IMG/VR virus record: IMGVR_UViG_3300038674_000426
Coordinates: 1-33,711 of that record
DNA from: a virus
Lineage: Duplodnaviria; Caudoviricetes
Length of the DNA stretch: 33,711 nt
Reading direction: 5' to 3' (one strand)
A model generated the notes under the pieces. The model was not told the origin of the DNA. It searched no databases and worked only from the letters and a program-made list of their open reading frames with translations. The stretch's first letter is position 1, and each line of letters begins with the position of its first letter. The translations under genes and the position numbers were made by a program. Positions 16,662 to 25,991 of the stretch are shown piece after piece.

Positions 16662-17306
16662 CTAATGTTTGTAATATGCTTGAAGCACTTTCGAAAATTC
16701 TTCTGGAGTTTGTTTGCTCCAATATGTATAGAATGGAGCTTTTGCAACAAAACACATTCTGCGATTTACCGCGCCCATCTTGTAAAGAATCTCCATCATA
16801 GTCTTTACATCATCATACTTGTAATCAAATCCCATAACTTTCAGTAGTGGAACTATCCGGCCAATCCCATACTTGTCATCGGAATCGTCGTTGGGATTTT
16901 CTTTTGGAAGCTTTCGGTAAATGATGTTATAGAATGCCTCAGTCTTTCCCATTAGTTGCTTCTCTAGAAGAGAAAATTTAGGGAGATAGTAACTGTAGCA
17001 TTTTGTTGTTGGAGATGTTCGGACCCATTTTCTGTTAAGTTCACCGGATCGTACCATTCTTAGTAAATATTTTTTAATAGTGGATTCTGGTTTCTGGACC
17101 ATCGCAGCTATCCATGCGTGAGACCCGACAACATCTATAGATTTTTCTGGAATTAGTCGGCCATCATCGTAAACTGGAAATGTTGGAATGATATCTTTAA
17201 TGTCGGAAACTTCCGAGAAATTTATCTTTGAAAGTTTCACGTATTCCGGGAGCTGGTACACTACTGGTTCGCCGTTACTGTTTACAGTTTGAACGAATCT
17301 ACACAT
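16662..17306 (-). CDS. Putative double winged-helix DNA-binding protein
   Basis: STIKKYLLRMVRSGELNR...YSY and DVKTMMEILYKMGAVNR...YTY. Confidence 0.5.
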   Translation of the reverse strand: MCRFVQTVNSNGEPVVYQLPEYVKLSKINFSEVSDIKDIIPTFPVYDDGRLIPEKSIDVVGSHAWIAAMVQKPESTIKKYLLRMVRSGELNRKWVRTSPTTKCYSYYLPKFSLLEKQLMGKTEAFYNIIYRKLPKENPNDDSDDKYGIGRIVPLLKVMGFDYKYDDVKTMMEILYKMGAVNRRMCFVAKAPFYTYWSKQTPEEFSKVLQAYYKH

Positions 17307-17317
17307 GTTTTTCTCTC

Positions 17318-17548
17318 CTAAATTTTTTCAAGAGATTCTGCCGGATACCAATATCCGTTATTTGCTCTAATATCGTCTGGATGATTCGTCACAACCTTAT
17401 ACGAAAATCCGCTTCTCGATCCCGTACGATTGGATTCCTCGACAATTTCCATAATCTGACCGCGATACCCTACCATGCAATCCATATATTTGACCCACGG
17501 ATATCCACCGATGCGACTTATCAAGACTTCGTCTCCGATTTTAAACAT
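17318..17548 (-). CDS. Small SH3/KOW-like hypothetical protein
   Basis: MFKIGDEV start pattern; GGAGG RBS. Confidence 0.6.
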   Translation of the reverse strand: MFKIGDEVLISRIGGYPWVKYMDCMVGYRGQIMEIVEESNRTGSRSGFSYKVVTNHPDDIRANNGYWYPAESLEKI

Positions 17549-17588
17549 GTTTCAATCCTCCAATGCGATACCTACTAATGGTTTTTAT

Positions 17589-17606
17589 CTTATTTATAGT
17601 TTTCGG
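17589..17606 (-). promoter_or_regulatory. BRE+TATA promoter (conserved AAACTATAAATA)
   Basis: CCGAAAACTATAAATAAG in intergenic DNA. Confidence 0.75.
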
Positions 17607-18107
17607 TCATTCGTCTCTTAAAGATGCAATTATAATATAGTATTCCGGGAATTGTATTTTGAGAATCCCGCCGTTGTTATCATGAGGATGTTTATATATT
17701 TCACAAGTTATTTCTGTATCTTCTTCAATAAAATTGTTTTCGAGTTCGTCCCAGATAAGCATTGGGTTAAACCTTATGGGAAATTCCATGTTAATAATTT
17801 CGGAATTATATAAATCAACGTGCCTATGAATTGTTTCCATGCGACATTTATTATTATTTTCTGAAAATCTAATTGGTCCAAATGCGAAATTATCAGTAAC
17901 TTTCTTAATATTCCACCAAAGATCGGAATATGTAGTATCGAATTTTGCTATAAGTTTCCAGTCGGTTTTTATAAGTTCATTAATATGTTTCGGAGCAGAT
18001 TTTAGAGGAATTACTGTTGCACTTGTTTTATCTTCTCGGATTGCTACCAGGTTATTATCTTCAGTTCTATATATGTCTTTCTTGAAAACTATGTCGCTAA
18101 TTATCAT
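17607..18107 (-). CDS. Hypothetical protein with weak sliding-clamp-like C-terminus
   Basis: IRFNPMLIWDEL...ILKIQF..YYIIIASLR; weak resemblance only. Confidence 0.5.
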   Translation of the reverse strand: MIISDIVFKKDIYRTEDNNLVAIREDKTSATVIPLKSAPKHINELIKTDWKLIAKFDTTYSDLWWNIKKVTDNFAFGPIRFSENNNKCRMETIHRHVDLYNSEIINMEFPIRFNPMLIWDELENNFIEEDTEITCEIYKHPHDNNGGILKIQFPEYYIIIASLRDE

Positions 18108-18125
18108 CTTTTGCCACTCTCCTAG

Positions 18126-18611
18126 TTAATATACCAGCGGATTTGTTTGATTTTCTTCGCAACATTTTACATAATCGTTCATAGGTATCGATCTCAATAA
18201 AACTAAGTTGGCTAATTCTTGAGAACATTGTACAATTAATGTAAAAGTTTTGTGGCGATTTTCCGTATACCAATTTCCCCAATTCTTTTTATTGTAGCAC
18301 CACGAACTTTCTTCAATTTTTGATGGAATATCCAACTGTTGAAATTTTAATTGGGCCAATTTTATATCTCCTCTTGCATATTTTGTGGCACCGATTCCCT
18401 GCGTTTGATATTGGCCGGAATCTACAATTTTTGCGACAGTCCAAGAATTGGTGATATCACCTGGACATAATTTATATTCGTTTGCCGCAATAAAAAGTTG
18501 CTCTTTCAGTTCAACATATTTGTCAATGTCACTTTCTGTATTTTCAGTTGAAGTTATTATCTTCTCATAGAGTTCTTTCATTTCTTTTTTAATTTGTCGG
18601 TACTTTTCCAT
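18126..18611 (-). CDS. Hypothetical protein
   Basis: AGGAG RBS before ATG 18611 (MEKYRQ). Confidence 0.65.
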   Translation of the reverse strand: MEKYRQIKKEMKELYEKIITSTENTESDIDKYVELKEQLFIAANEYKLCPGDITNSWTVAKIVDSGQYQTQGIGATKYARGDIKLAQLKFQQLDIPSKIEESSWCYNKKNWGNWYTENRHKTFTLIVQCSQELANLVLLRSIPMNDYVKCCEENQTNPLVY

Positions 18612-18658
18612 GTTAAGATCTCCTAGTGTATTCGTGAAAAAATATAAAAAGAAAAATT

Positions 18659-18859
18659 TCATCTGTTCTTATATACTATTTCCGGGCAATATTCTTGAGA
18701 AACATCCAAGAGAGTATTATAATCTCCCGACATGGCTTTATCAAGGTATTCTTTTTGGAGTTCCCGTTTACCGATTCTAGTTAGATATCCCCGGACTACT
18801 CCCATAATAAAAAATGCGTTTCCCTGTTCCCCGTTCAGATCCAATACGATTTTTCCCAT
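18659..18859 (-). CDS. Conserved small viral hypothetical protein
   Basis: GxxGNAFxIMG...SGDYxxLL pattern seen in small phage proteins. Confidence 0.7.
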   Translation of the reverse strand: MGKIVLDLNGEQGNAFFIMGVVRGYLTRIGKRELQKEYLDKAMSGDYNTLLDVSQEYCPEIVYKNR

Positions 18860-18879
18860 ACTCTATACTAGGCGATGCT

Positions 18880-18897
18880 ACTATTTATAGTTTTCCC
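18880..18897 (-). promoter_or_regulatory. BRE+TATA promoter (leaderless; conserved AAACTATAAATA)
   Basis: GGGAAAACTATAAATAG, first T 30 nt before ATG 18859. Confidence 0.75.
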
Positions 18898-19461
18898 CTA
18901 TGGTAACTCTATGGGTATCTCCTTGTAGTGTTTGGCTTTGATGGTCGGATCAATCCAGATATCTATATTGTGTTTTCGGCAATTCTCACAGAAGAAGAAA
19001 TCTTCTGAAGACCCGTTGAAAAATGGTTTCTTGATTCTATTGAAAACGTTACGCTTAACAAGCAAACATCCTGCTCCCACGGCATCCACTTTAGATAACT
19101 CTTGCGGAATTTTTATAGTTTCGTAAGGAGGATTTGAATGAGTTGCACGGCACGCTGAGACTGCAATCTTTTGTTCTCCAACGCGAAGCGCATAGATGCC
19201 GGAAATTACATCTTTTCCATGAGAAAGCAATCTAGGGAGCCCGTCTCTGGGCATTATAGTATCGCTGTCTAAAAATAATATGTGTGTGCATTTAGTTTTC
19301 AGAAAGAATTCTACTAGTTCGTTGCGGGCTCCCGCGATGGGATACATCGTGGAAGCTCCGAGAGCAATCGGATAAGATTTGGACCATTCGATTATATTTG
19401 GTACGTGTTCAAATCGTATGTTTCCGCGATGTGGTAATCCTATAAAAATTGATGGTTTCAT
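18898..19461 (-). CDS. Glycosyltransferase family 2 (GT-A fold)
   Basis: ARN, HILFLDSD (DxD), GAGCLLVKRNVF, SEDFFFC, terminal H; start at ATG 19461 overlapping the MTase stop. Confidence 0.85.
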   Translation of the reverse strand: MKPSIFIGLPHRGNIRFEHVPNIIEWSKSYPIALGASTMYPIAGARNELVEFFLKTKCTHILFLDSDTIMPRDGLPRLLSHGKDVISGIYALRVGEQKIAVSACRATHSNPPYETIKIPQELSKVDAVGAGCLLVKRNVFNRIKKPFFNGSSEDFFFCENCRKHNIDIWIDPTIKAKHYKEIPIELP

Positions 19462-20456
19462 AAGAGCACCATGTTTTTTAGAATGTGACAAATAACGTCA
19501 ACTGTCCAACCATTTCCAATCATTTTGTAACGTTGAGTATTTGAAACGCCTTCAGTATAATTATCTGGTACAGTTTGCAATCTTTCACATTCTATTGGGT
19601 GGAAATATCTTAATTTATTATTATCATAAACAAACCCGGAATTATTCCAACGTCTTTGTTTTGTTGTACATGTATTTGCTTTTTTATTTTTGTCAATTAT
19701 TTTACATTTATTATTTATTATTGCTTTTTTCATACTTGGTTCAATTCTAAACAAATCTTTATAATCTTTTTTAATTATAAAATATTCATAATTTGATGTT
19801 ACTAAAGCATTAATTTTATCTACATAAACATTTTTAGTAGGTAAATATCCATGTCCTCGTCGTCGTATCAAAATTTTATTTGAGTTATCTTGATCAATTA
19901 CAAAATCATTATTTATTAAAATATCTTTTAAATATATATGTTTATCTATTGGTTGATTAACATTCTTAATATTTGTCCAATATAACCGATTTCTATTTTG
20001 TGCCGATACTAATGCACTGTTTATTAATATTGGTTCCACTTTTAAATATTCTGAAATAACATTTTGATAATCTTTTTTCATCTTAACATTTTCAAGTAAG
20101 AAATACGTTGGATTACATTCTTTTAAAATTCGCACATATTCAAAAAATAATTTCGATCTTGGGTCATCAAAATTTAGTTGTTTTCCTGCAAAACTAAATC
20201 CCTGGCATGGAGAACCACCCATAAGCAAATCTATTTCTCCAACGTCGAAATTTCCATTTTCAGTATATAATATACCGTCATTAAAAGAAACTTTCGTAAT
20301 ATCTCCTATTTGAATTGTATCTGGATAATTTTTCTGAGTGATCTTTATTGCATACTTATCTATCTCAGATGCAAAATATTTATCTGGTACAATTCCGATA
20401 CGATTTAGTGCGATCTGGCCGCAAGACATCCCATCAAACAAACTTAGTACGTTCAT
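19458..20456 (-). CDS. DNA (cytosine-5) methyltransferase
   Basis: LSLFDG, GGSPCQGFS, ENV, QxRxRLYW, ECERLQ, GNGW. Confidence 0.95.
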   Translation of the reverse strand: MNVLSLFDGMSCGQIALNRIGIVPDKYFASEIDKYAIKITQKNYPDTIQIGDITKVSFNDGILYTENGNFDVGEIDLLMGGSPCQGFSFAGKQLNFDDPRSKLFFEYVRILKECNPTYFLLENVKMKKDYQNVISEYLKVEPILINSALVSAQNRNRLYWTNIKNVNQPIDKHIYLKDILINNDFVIDQDNSNKILIRRRGHGYLPTKNVYVDKINALVTSNYEYFIIKKDYKDLFRIEPSMKKAIINNKCKIIDKNKKANTCTTKQRRWNNSGFVYDNNKLRYFHPIECERLQTVPDNYTEGVSNTQRYKMIGNGWTVDVICHILKNMVLL

Positions 20457-20582
20457 GTTTCAAACTCCAATTTTTCGCAGTCTATATCTTTACTATACTT
20501 TTTCTCCAAAAGAAATTCAAAATAAAAAAGTGGCGTGACTCTCCAAGTAAAGTTTACTTGATTTAACTTCAATAATGTATGT

Positions 20583-20657
20583 CCCTCCATTTTTTCCGAG
20601 TTCAACTCTTTTCTATATATTTCTTATAAAACTTTTCTATAAGAAAAAAATGGAGGG
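20583..20657. repeat. 13-bp perfect inverted repeat in intergenic DNA
   Basis: CCCTCCATTTTTT (20583-20595) / AAAAAATGGAGGG (20645-20657). Confidence 0.7.
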
Positions 20658-20784
20658 TCTACCCAAGTTGTAAAGAATCTCTCTCTATTTTTGCCATATC
20701 GATGCGTCTTACCTCTGAATTTCTCGCAGTTTGTTAGGCAAAGTACCTCACGCCACAAATTGTTTTTGTTTTTTTCAAATTTTT

Positions 20785-21768
20785 TTACACTTTGCCGCAA
20801 TTCTGCAATCTCTCTTCTGCAATTTGGCAATACTTTTCTTCTTTTTCAATCCCTATAAAATTTCGTCCAAGTTCTTTAGCTGCAACACATGTAGAACCAC
20901 TTCCGCAAGTCGGATCAAGTATAATGTCGCCCTCATTAGATGAGTGTAATATTATATTTTGCAAGAGATCTATAGGTTTCGGTGTCACATGTCCAATCTT
21001 CGGAGCTGGATTGTATAGCCAATTCGCACTATTAAAATCCTTAAATTTTCCATTATTATGCAATGTATTAAACGTATATCGCAAATCTTCATATTCGTTT
21101 CGCAAATCTTCATATGGTCTGAAATTTTTCCACTTATCTATCTCGAATTTCTCTATAAGTTTATTATAAGTTTCTTCGGTGCAAAGTTGCCATTGTGGAC
21201 CGAGCGGTTCTAAGAAATGTTGCACACTTCCATTGCCAATTACATCTATCATTTTTTGCCGAGAATATCCTAAAAATTCTCTAAGTTCTAAACAATATTC
21301 TCTCATATTTTTATACAACGAAATATCTTTTTCTATTAATTTCAATCCAGTTTCATCTTGGAAAGTATAATATAAAATGTACTCTATAAAATCGCTTCTA
21401 TAGTTTCTCGACGTGTTTATACTAAATTTCTGCACGGCGAAGGATTCCATTTCGCTACCAATAAATGCTTTATTCCAAGTAATCAAATTCTTAAACACGA
21501 ACTTACTATTATTCTCCACCCAAATCATTAACTTGGAAATCACTGGCATTTTATTATGGAAGAAATACATAGAGCCATTATCCGCCAAAACTCTCTGAAT
21601 TTCCAGCAGAACTTCTCCAACCCACTCTTCATAATTTTCAACCCGATCCCAACTGTCTTTCTTAATATTATACGGAAGATCCAATATTGCCAAATTCACA
21701 CTTTTATCATCAATTTCTTTCATGAGTTCCAGACAATCCCCGCAAAAAACTTTATTAAGTTCCAACAT
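20785..21768 (-). CDS. DNA N6-adenine/N4-cytosine methyltransferase (beta class)
   Basis: GDCLE, DLPY (DPPY variant), HVTPKP, ILDPTCGSGST, FIGIE; start at ATG 21768. Confidence 0.93.
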   Translation of the reverse strand: MLELNKVFCGDCLELMKEIDDKSVNLAILDLPYNIKKDSWDRVENYEEWVGEVLLEIQRVLADNGSMYFFHNKMPVISKLMIWVENNSKFVFKNLITWNKAFIGSEMESFAVQKFSINTSRNYRSDFIEYILYYTFQDETGLKLIEKDISLYKNMREYCLELREFLGYSRQKMIDVIGNGSVQHFLEPLGPQWQLCTEETYNKLIEKFEIDKWKNFRPYEDLRNEYEDLRYTFNTLHNNGKFKDFNSANWLYNPAPKIGHVTPKPIDLLQNIILHSSNEGDIILDPTCGSGSTCVAAKELGRNFIGIEKEEKYCQIAEERLQNCGKV

Positions 21769-21770
21769 GA

Positions 21771-23156
21771 TTACTTCTCCAAATACTTTAGGTTCTCCCA
21801 ACCGGTTACATTGATTCCATTAACAGATCGTCTCCGATAAACTACATCATCATCAAAAACTTCCTGAAGTGCATTCCGGAACGCTTTATGAGTCTGCAAC
21901 GGTCGCACATACAATCTCTTGCAAAATATCTTGTAACTCTCATATAAATTATCTTTCTCAATAAAACTCCCAGATCCGTCTGGCGTAACTTCCAACTCAC
22001 TTTCCGCAAAAGCTCTGACAGACTGAAACGCAGTCGCGTACAAATCTTTCACGTATTCCATCGGCGTTTCACAAGTAAATCCTCCTCGCTGCAATAACTC
22101 TCTCAGCAACGGTATAACTCTATTAAATAATCCCGACAATTCCACTTCAGTTCCCAACTTTGCATCAATATTTTGATCTTTATCTTCCTGAAATTTCTTC
22201 TTAAATTTAATAATGTCGTTTCTCCGTAACCATCCCTCGGTCGCATCGTCAACTTTCGCAATTTCGTTCATCGAAAATACCAATTTTCCTCTATATCTGA
22301 ACCCGAAACTCTGGCCATATTTTTGTTCTACTGTTATCAAATCTTCTCCAGAAAGACTCTTCAACATACCGGTATCAGGAATCGGGTTGCGGCCCTGATC
22401 TCCCACAAGATTTAACAACGGATGCTTAAACAATTCATATCCCGCAAATCTAGTTCCAGCCAAAGCTCCCATAGTAACAGCACTACAATTTTCAGTTCCA
22501 ATAAACTTCTCCCAAAGTCTTAACAAGACTCCCTTCCCATTTCCACCACTGCCCAGCACGATCAATATCTTCTGCAACTTATTATCATAGTACAGAGAAT
22601 ATCCAATCCACTCCATCAATTTTTTTGCATATTCTTCATTTTTAGTAACTTCCGAAATAAATTTATCACAATTCGGACATTTCGCTTCCCGATCAAACAC
22701 TACCGGAATCTTAATATTACTTATAAAAAATTCTTCTTCACATCCTCCATCAATCCAATTCTTCAGTAAAACCGCTTCTACTTCTTCACTATTATACTCC
22801 TCAAAAGAATCTTCCCAAAGATGATACCGTCCATTCTTCAAACAAATTATATTAGGATTTTTATTTAACTTCTCCACATCAATTAACGTCAAACTCTTCA
22901 CATCATTCACAATTTCTTTCATCATTTGTGTATTAAAACATCCGCTCTGATGAATCATCTTTGCCACTATCGCACTCAGTTGTTGCGCTTTCAAATCCTC
23001 CCTATAAATTCCCTCATTATAAAGAAATATAGTCCCGTTGATAGAAAACATTGGGACTTGCTCTCTCAAAAAATTTACAAAGTTAACTCTCGCCAATTTC
23101 TTTATGGACCCGTTCTCGTCTCTCACAAAACAATCATAAGGAATTTCCGATGTCAT
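21771..23156 (-). CDS. D5/P4-like superfamily 3 helicase (no evident primase domain)
   Basis: ICLKNG D5_N motif, Walker A GSGGNGKG, KSLSGED, EQKY, FSMN, WLRR, C-terminal wHTH. Confidence 0.88.
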   Translation of the reverse strand: MTSEIPYDCFVRDENGSIKKLARVNFVNFLREQVPMFSINGTIFLYNEGIYREDLKAQQLSAIVAKMIHQSGCFNTQMMKEIVNDVKSLTLIDVEKLNKNPNIICLKNGRYHLWEDSFEEYNSEEVEAVLLKNWIDGGCEEEFFISNIKIPVVFDREAKCPNCDKFISEVTKNEEYAKKLMEWIGYSLYYDNKLQKILIVLGSGGNGKGVLLRLWEKFIGTENCSAVTMGALAGTRFAGYELFKHPLLNLVGDQGRNPIPDTGMLKSLSGEDLITVEQKYGQSFGFRYRGKLVFSMNEIAKVDDATEGWLRRNDIIKFKKKFQEDKDQNIDAKLGTEVELSGLFNRVIPLLRELLQRGGFTCETPMEYVKDLYATAFQSVRAFAESELEVTPDGSGSFIEKDNLYESYKIFCKRLYVRPLQTHKAFRNALQEVFDDDVVYRRRSVNGINVTGWENLKYLEK

Positions 23157-23160
23157 ATTT

Positions 23161-23454
23161 TTACCTATATTGTGGATTCAAATATTTAAATTCTATTTCA
23201 TCTATAATATTATCATAAATTTCTCCATAAGGAATTTCAATAGTTCCATTCGCAACTTTTTCCCATAACCACCGTGTTGCATCTCTCTTATATATTTCAT
23301 AGTCTAATCCGGCTGGTGCAATTCTACAATCATCATCATTTATTTTTTCACATTTATCCTGCAATTCCCACTTTGCACAAATTAAGTGTTTCTCACGCAA
23401 ATATATAGAAACATCGCGATTTATCCTATCTTTAACTTCTTCTATATCTGACAT
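23161..23454 (-). CDS. Hypothetical protein
   Basis: GGAG RBS; operon context. Confidence 0.65.
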   Translation of the reverse strand: MSDIEEVKDRINRDVSIYLREKHLICAKWELQDKCEKINDDDCRIAPAGLDYEIYKRDATRWLWEKVANGTIEIPYGEIYDNIIDEIEFKYLNPQYR

Positions 23455-23457
23455 AAG

Positions 23458-23721
23458 TTATCTCTCCAAATACTTCTCAGGAATTTTAAACAAGTAATGC
23501 CCTCCGCGTTCCGATTTAACCCAACAAACTGTCCAAAAAAATGTATTCTCCAGTTCTTTCACCAGTTCTTCGTTCCCGGACCACCCCCACGTATGCAATT
23601 CTAATTCTCTCGTTTCTTCATTCCAAAAATCTTTCGACCAATGCCACCAATTCTCTTTTAAAAACTCTATAAGATCTCTAACAGAGTTTTCAAACATATT
23701 AAACTCGGAAATCCATCCCAT
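23458..23721 (-). CDS. Conserved Trp-rich viral hypothetical protein
   Basis: GWSGNEE...W...RGGHYxF pattern. Confidence 0.7.
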   Translation of the reverse strand: MGWISEFNMFENSVRDLIEFLKENWWHWSKDFWNEETRELELHTWGWSGNEELVKELENTFFWTVCWVKSERGGHYLFKIPEKYLER

Positions 23722-23734
23722 ATTGCGACCCCAT

Positions 23735-23750
23735 ACTATTTATAGTTTGT
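23735..23750 (-). promoter_or_regulatory. TATA promoter (conserved AAACTATAAATA)
   Basis: ACAAACTATAAATAG upstream of ATG 23721. Confidence 0.6.
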
Positions 23751-23815
23751 GCCATTTTATCTACACATTTTTATAAATATTCTCTCAATCGATTTTCTCC
23801 ACAGTCTCTACTCAA

Positions 23816-24010
23816 TTATCGCTCCCTAAAAAATCTCTTCAATTCTTCAATAGCATTCTTATTAGTTGCCACCATATCCATATCCGCAATCTTCTCATTC
23901 TGCATTATCAAATTATTAATAAATCCTACAACAAGAACATCTTCCATTTCTGCCAAATCTTTCTCGGAAAGTCGCCCCTCTTTCACATAATAGAAATTCA
24001 AAATAGCCAC
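23816..24010 (-). CDS. Hypothetical protein
   Basis: Probable GTG start near the end of the ERCC4 gene. Confidence 0.5.
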   Translation of the reverse strand: MAILNFYYVKEGRLSEKDLAEMEDVLVVGFINNLIMQNEKIADMDMVATNKNAIEELKRFFRER

Positions 24011-24621
24011 TCCATACTTCTCTTTGGTAGCCACTCCCTGCAATTCACCATAGCTTCACCAACACTTCCATATTTCTGCAACACTTGTTTTGCTTTCACT
24101 GGACCAACTCCATAAATATTATTCAAGATAGAAATCGGACTTTTCCGGCAATACCAATCTTGTTCCCCAATTCCAACCGTCCACAAGTATTCAATCCAAT
24201 TTATACTATCATCAATATTGTAACTGTAAAGAATTGGAATCCCCTTCTCACATTGCTTAAACAGGGCTGCATTCAACTGACTTAATGACATCGACGGCAA
24301 AACTTTTCCACTTTTAATATGAGTAAATACGTACCCATCTTTAATATACGTTTTCGGATCGCCCCACTCTATCATCAAAAAGAAATTTTCACAGTTTTCT
24401 CTCGCTTTCTCGTTCCTCTTTAACATCACTCCCAAGTTTTTCTGATTGCCAATATCAGCTAACGACTTGCGTTCAATCCAAATTTCACTTTTATCTGCCC
24501 TACGAATATAATAATCGCCATATTTAACTTTCTTAATTTTTATCGGAACTTCCGGCAATTTTTTCGTAAGTTTTTCTCTAATTTCTTCCTTGAATTTTTC
24601 CCTCGAATCAATAACAATCAT
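23998..24621 (-). CDS. ERCC4/XPF/Hef-like nuclease with HhH (putative junction resolvase)
   Basis: IVIDSRE, GDY, IERKS.D, and IYGVGPVKA HhH; start at ATG 24621. Confidence 0.88.
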   Translation of the reverse strand: MIVIDSREKFKEEIREKLTKKLPEVPIKIKKVKYGDYYIRRADKSEIWIERKSLADIGNQKNLGVMLKRNEKARENCENFFLMIEWGDPKTYIKDGYVFTHIKSGKVLPSMSLSQLNAALFKQCEKGIPILYSYNIDDSINWIEYLWTVGIGEQDWYCRKSPISILNNIYGVGPVKAKQVLQKYGSVGEAMVNCREWLPKRSMEWLF

Positions 24622-24644
24622 TTTATAGAACTCCAAAAAAAAAG

Positions 24645-25991
24645 TTACGGGTATTCTTTTGGTCGTGCTTTTAAATTTGGCTTAAAATATACTTTTAGTC
24701 CAAATTCTCTTGCAGTTTCCATAAGTGATTCAACCCAACTCCATTCTGGCTGGAATTCTGGTTCTTTTGATCCCTTTGTTTGGCCACCAATAATTATCCA
24801 ATCAAACATAGACAAATCGTCGAATTTCAAATTTTCTTTCATAGGTTCGCAACTTAAAAATTTCACAGATGCATTCACGTGTTTGAAACTTTCTTCAGCA
24901 TCATTTACTCTGTCTTGAATATCGACAGTAGTTCCTACCCAAGAATTTTTTGGAAAGTCAATGCCAACCAATCGTTTTGGATTCTTCGTTAAAAACAAGA
25001 AGTTCCACTGCGGATTTTTTTCAACACATTCAAGAATTTTGTCGATCCATTCTTGTGGCACCCAATCACCGAACAAATCCGCCATGGAACAAACAAATAC
25101 ATTTGGCATATATCCAGTACTTACTGGAGTGTTCTCTGGAGCTTTTAATCGATCTTCCCAAAATGTTGGTTCGAATCCCTGTTTATAGAATCGGTTTGCA
25201 ATATCTCTAGCATAACAATATGAACAACCGTGTTTGCATCCGGTAACGGGATTCCATGACCAATGCGCCCATTCTATATTGTCGTTAGTGACATTGAACT
25301 TTGAAACTTTATCGGGTTTTTGCGTTTCTTTAATCTTTTTGACTTCTTCCACAGCTTTTCTAACTGACTTATTATTAAGTGTATCTAATAATTCGTCGGC
25401 TAGTTCGTCATTTCCGTCTTCTTTGAGTTCGTCAATTACATCCACAACTTTTGCTGCTTTTTCTGCATGACTTCCTCCCCATCCTACTTTCTTCGCCGCA
25501 ATATCTCTCGATTTTCCACTGTCAATACCAGGTTGTGATTCATGAATCACATGCTGCTCTTTGTCCATTGATGCACACGTTTGTACATCATTAAAAACTG
25601 GTGGGTGATTTCCAAATTGTTCTCCGGCTAATCGCTTACGATTTGCGGCACGCTCTGTCTCTATTTCTACAAACTTCTTAAACTCTCTTGCTTTTTGTTC
25701 TGTTGTTTTCTCTCGACTTTTGTTATAAGTTAATACAGCTTCTTCAATGTCGAGTTCATCGATGAGATCATCACGTACTATAACATTTACAATATCTATA
25801 CTAAGTGCTTTGCAAACATTACATCGGCGATGCCCACTTATTATAACATTTTCAGAAGTTATAACAATAGGTTCTTGGACACCAACCGCTTTAATACTTT
25901 CATAAAGATCACTATCATAAGAATCTTTATATATTTCGTTGTTAATAGGATGCGGTACTAAATCCGCTGGGTTTCTAGTATCTAGTTGCAT
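24645..25991 (-). CDS. ParB/Srx N-terminal domain fused to DUF5131 (Gp37/Gp68) radical-SAM-like domain
   Basis: LVPHPIN...ESIKAVG..EPI...ISGHRR (ParB); IEW...WNPVTGCKHGCSYCYA, VFVCSMADLF, FLTKNP, FLSCEP, DWIIIGG, YFK (DUF5131). Confidence 0.88.
   Translation of the reverse strand: MQLDTRNPADLVPHPINNEIYKDSYDSDLYESIKAVGVQEPIVITSENVIISGHRRCNVCKALSIDIVNVIVRDDLIDELDIEEAVLTYNKSREKTTEQKAREFKKFVEIETERAANRKRLAGEQFGNHPPVFNDVQTCASMDKEQHVIHESQPGIDSGKSRDIAAKKVGWGGSHAEKAAKVVDVIDELKEDGNDELADELLDTLNNKSVRKAVEEVKKIKETQKPDKVSKFNVTNDNIEWAHWSWNPVTGCKHGCSYCYARDIANRFYKQGFEPTFWEDRLKAPENTPVSTGYMPNVFVCSMADLFGDWVPQEWIDKILECVEKNPQWNFLFLTKNPKRLVGIDFPKNSWVGTTVDIQDRVNDAEESFKHVNASVKFLSCEPMKENLKFDDLSMFDWIIIGGQTKGSKEPEFQPEWSWVESLMETAREFGLKVYFKPNLKARPKEYP

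Noticed and set aside
21079-21115. 16-nt direct repeat with 21-nt period
   Set aside because: In-frame YEDLR heptad duplication inside the MTase; not a CRISPR or regulatory repeat
25166-25182. GGTTCGAATCCC resembling a tRNA T-loop
   Set aside because: Lies inside the radical SAM CDS (antisense of QGFEP) and no cloverleaf is evident
832-25984. Amber (pyrrolysine) readthrough or alternative genetic code
   Set aside because: TAG ends complete proteins (PolB after its PIP-like motif, NrdD after its normal C-terminus); no split conserved genes seen
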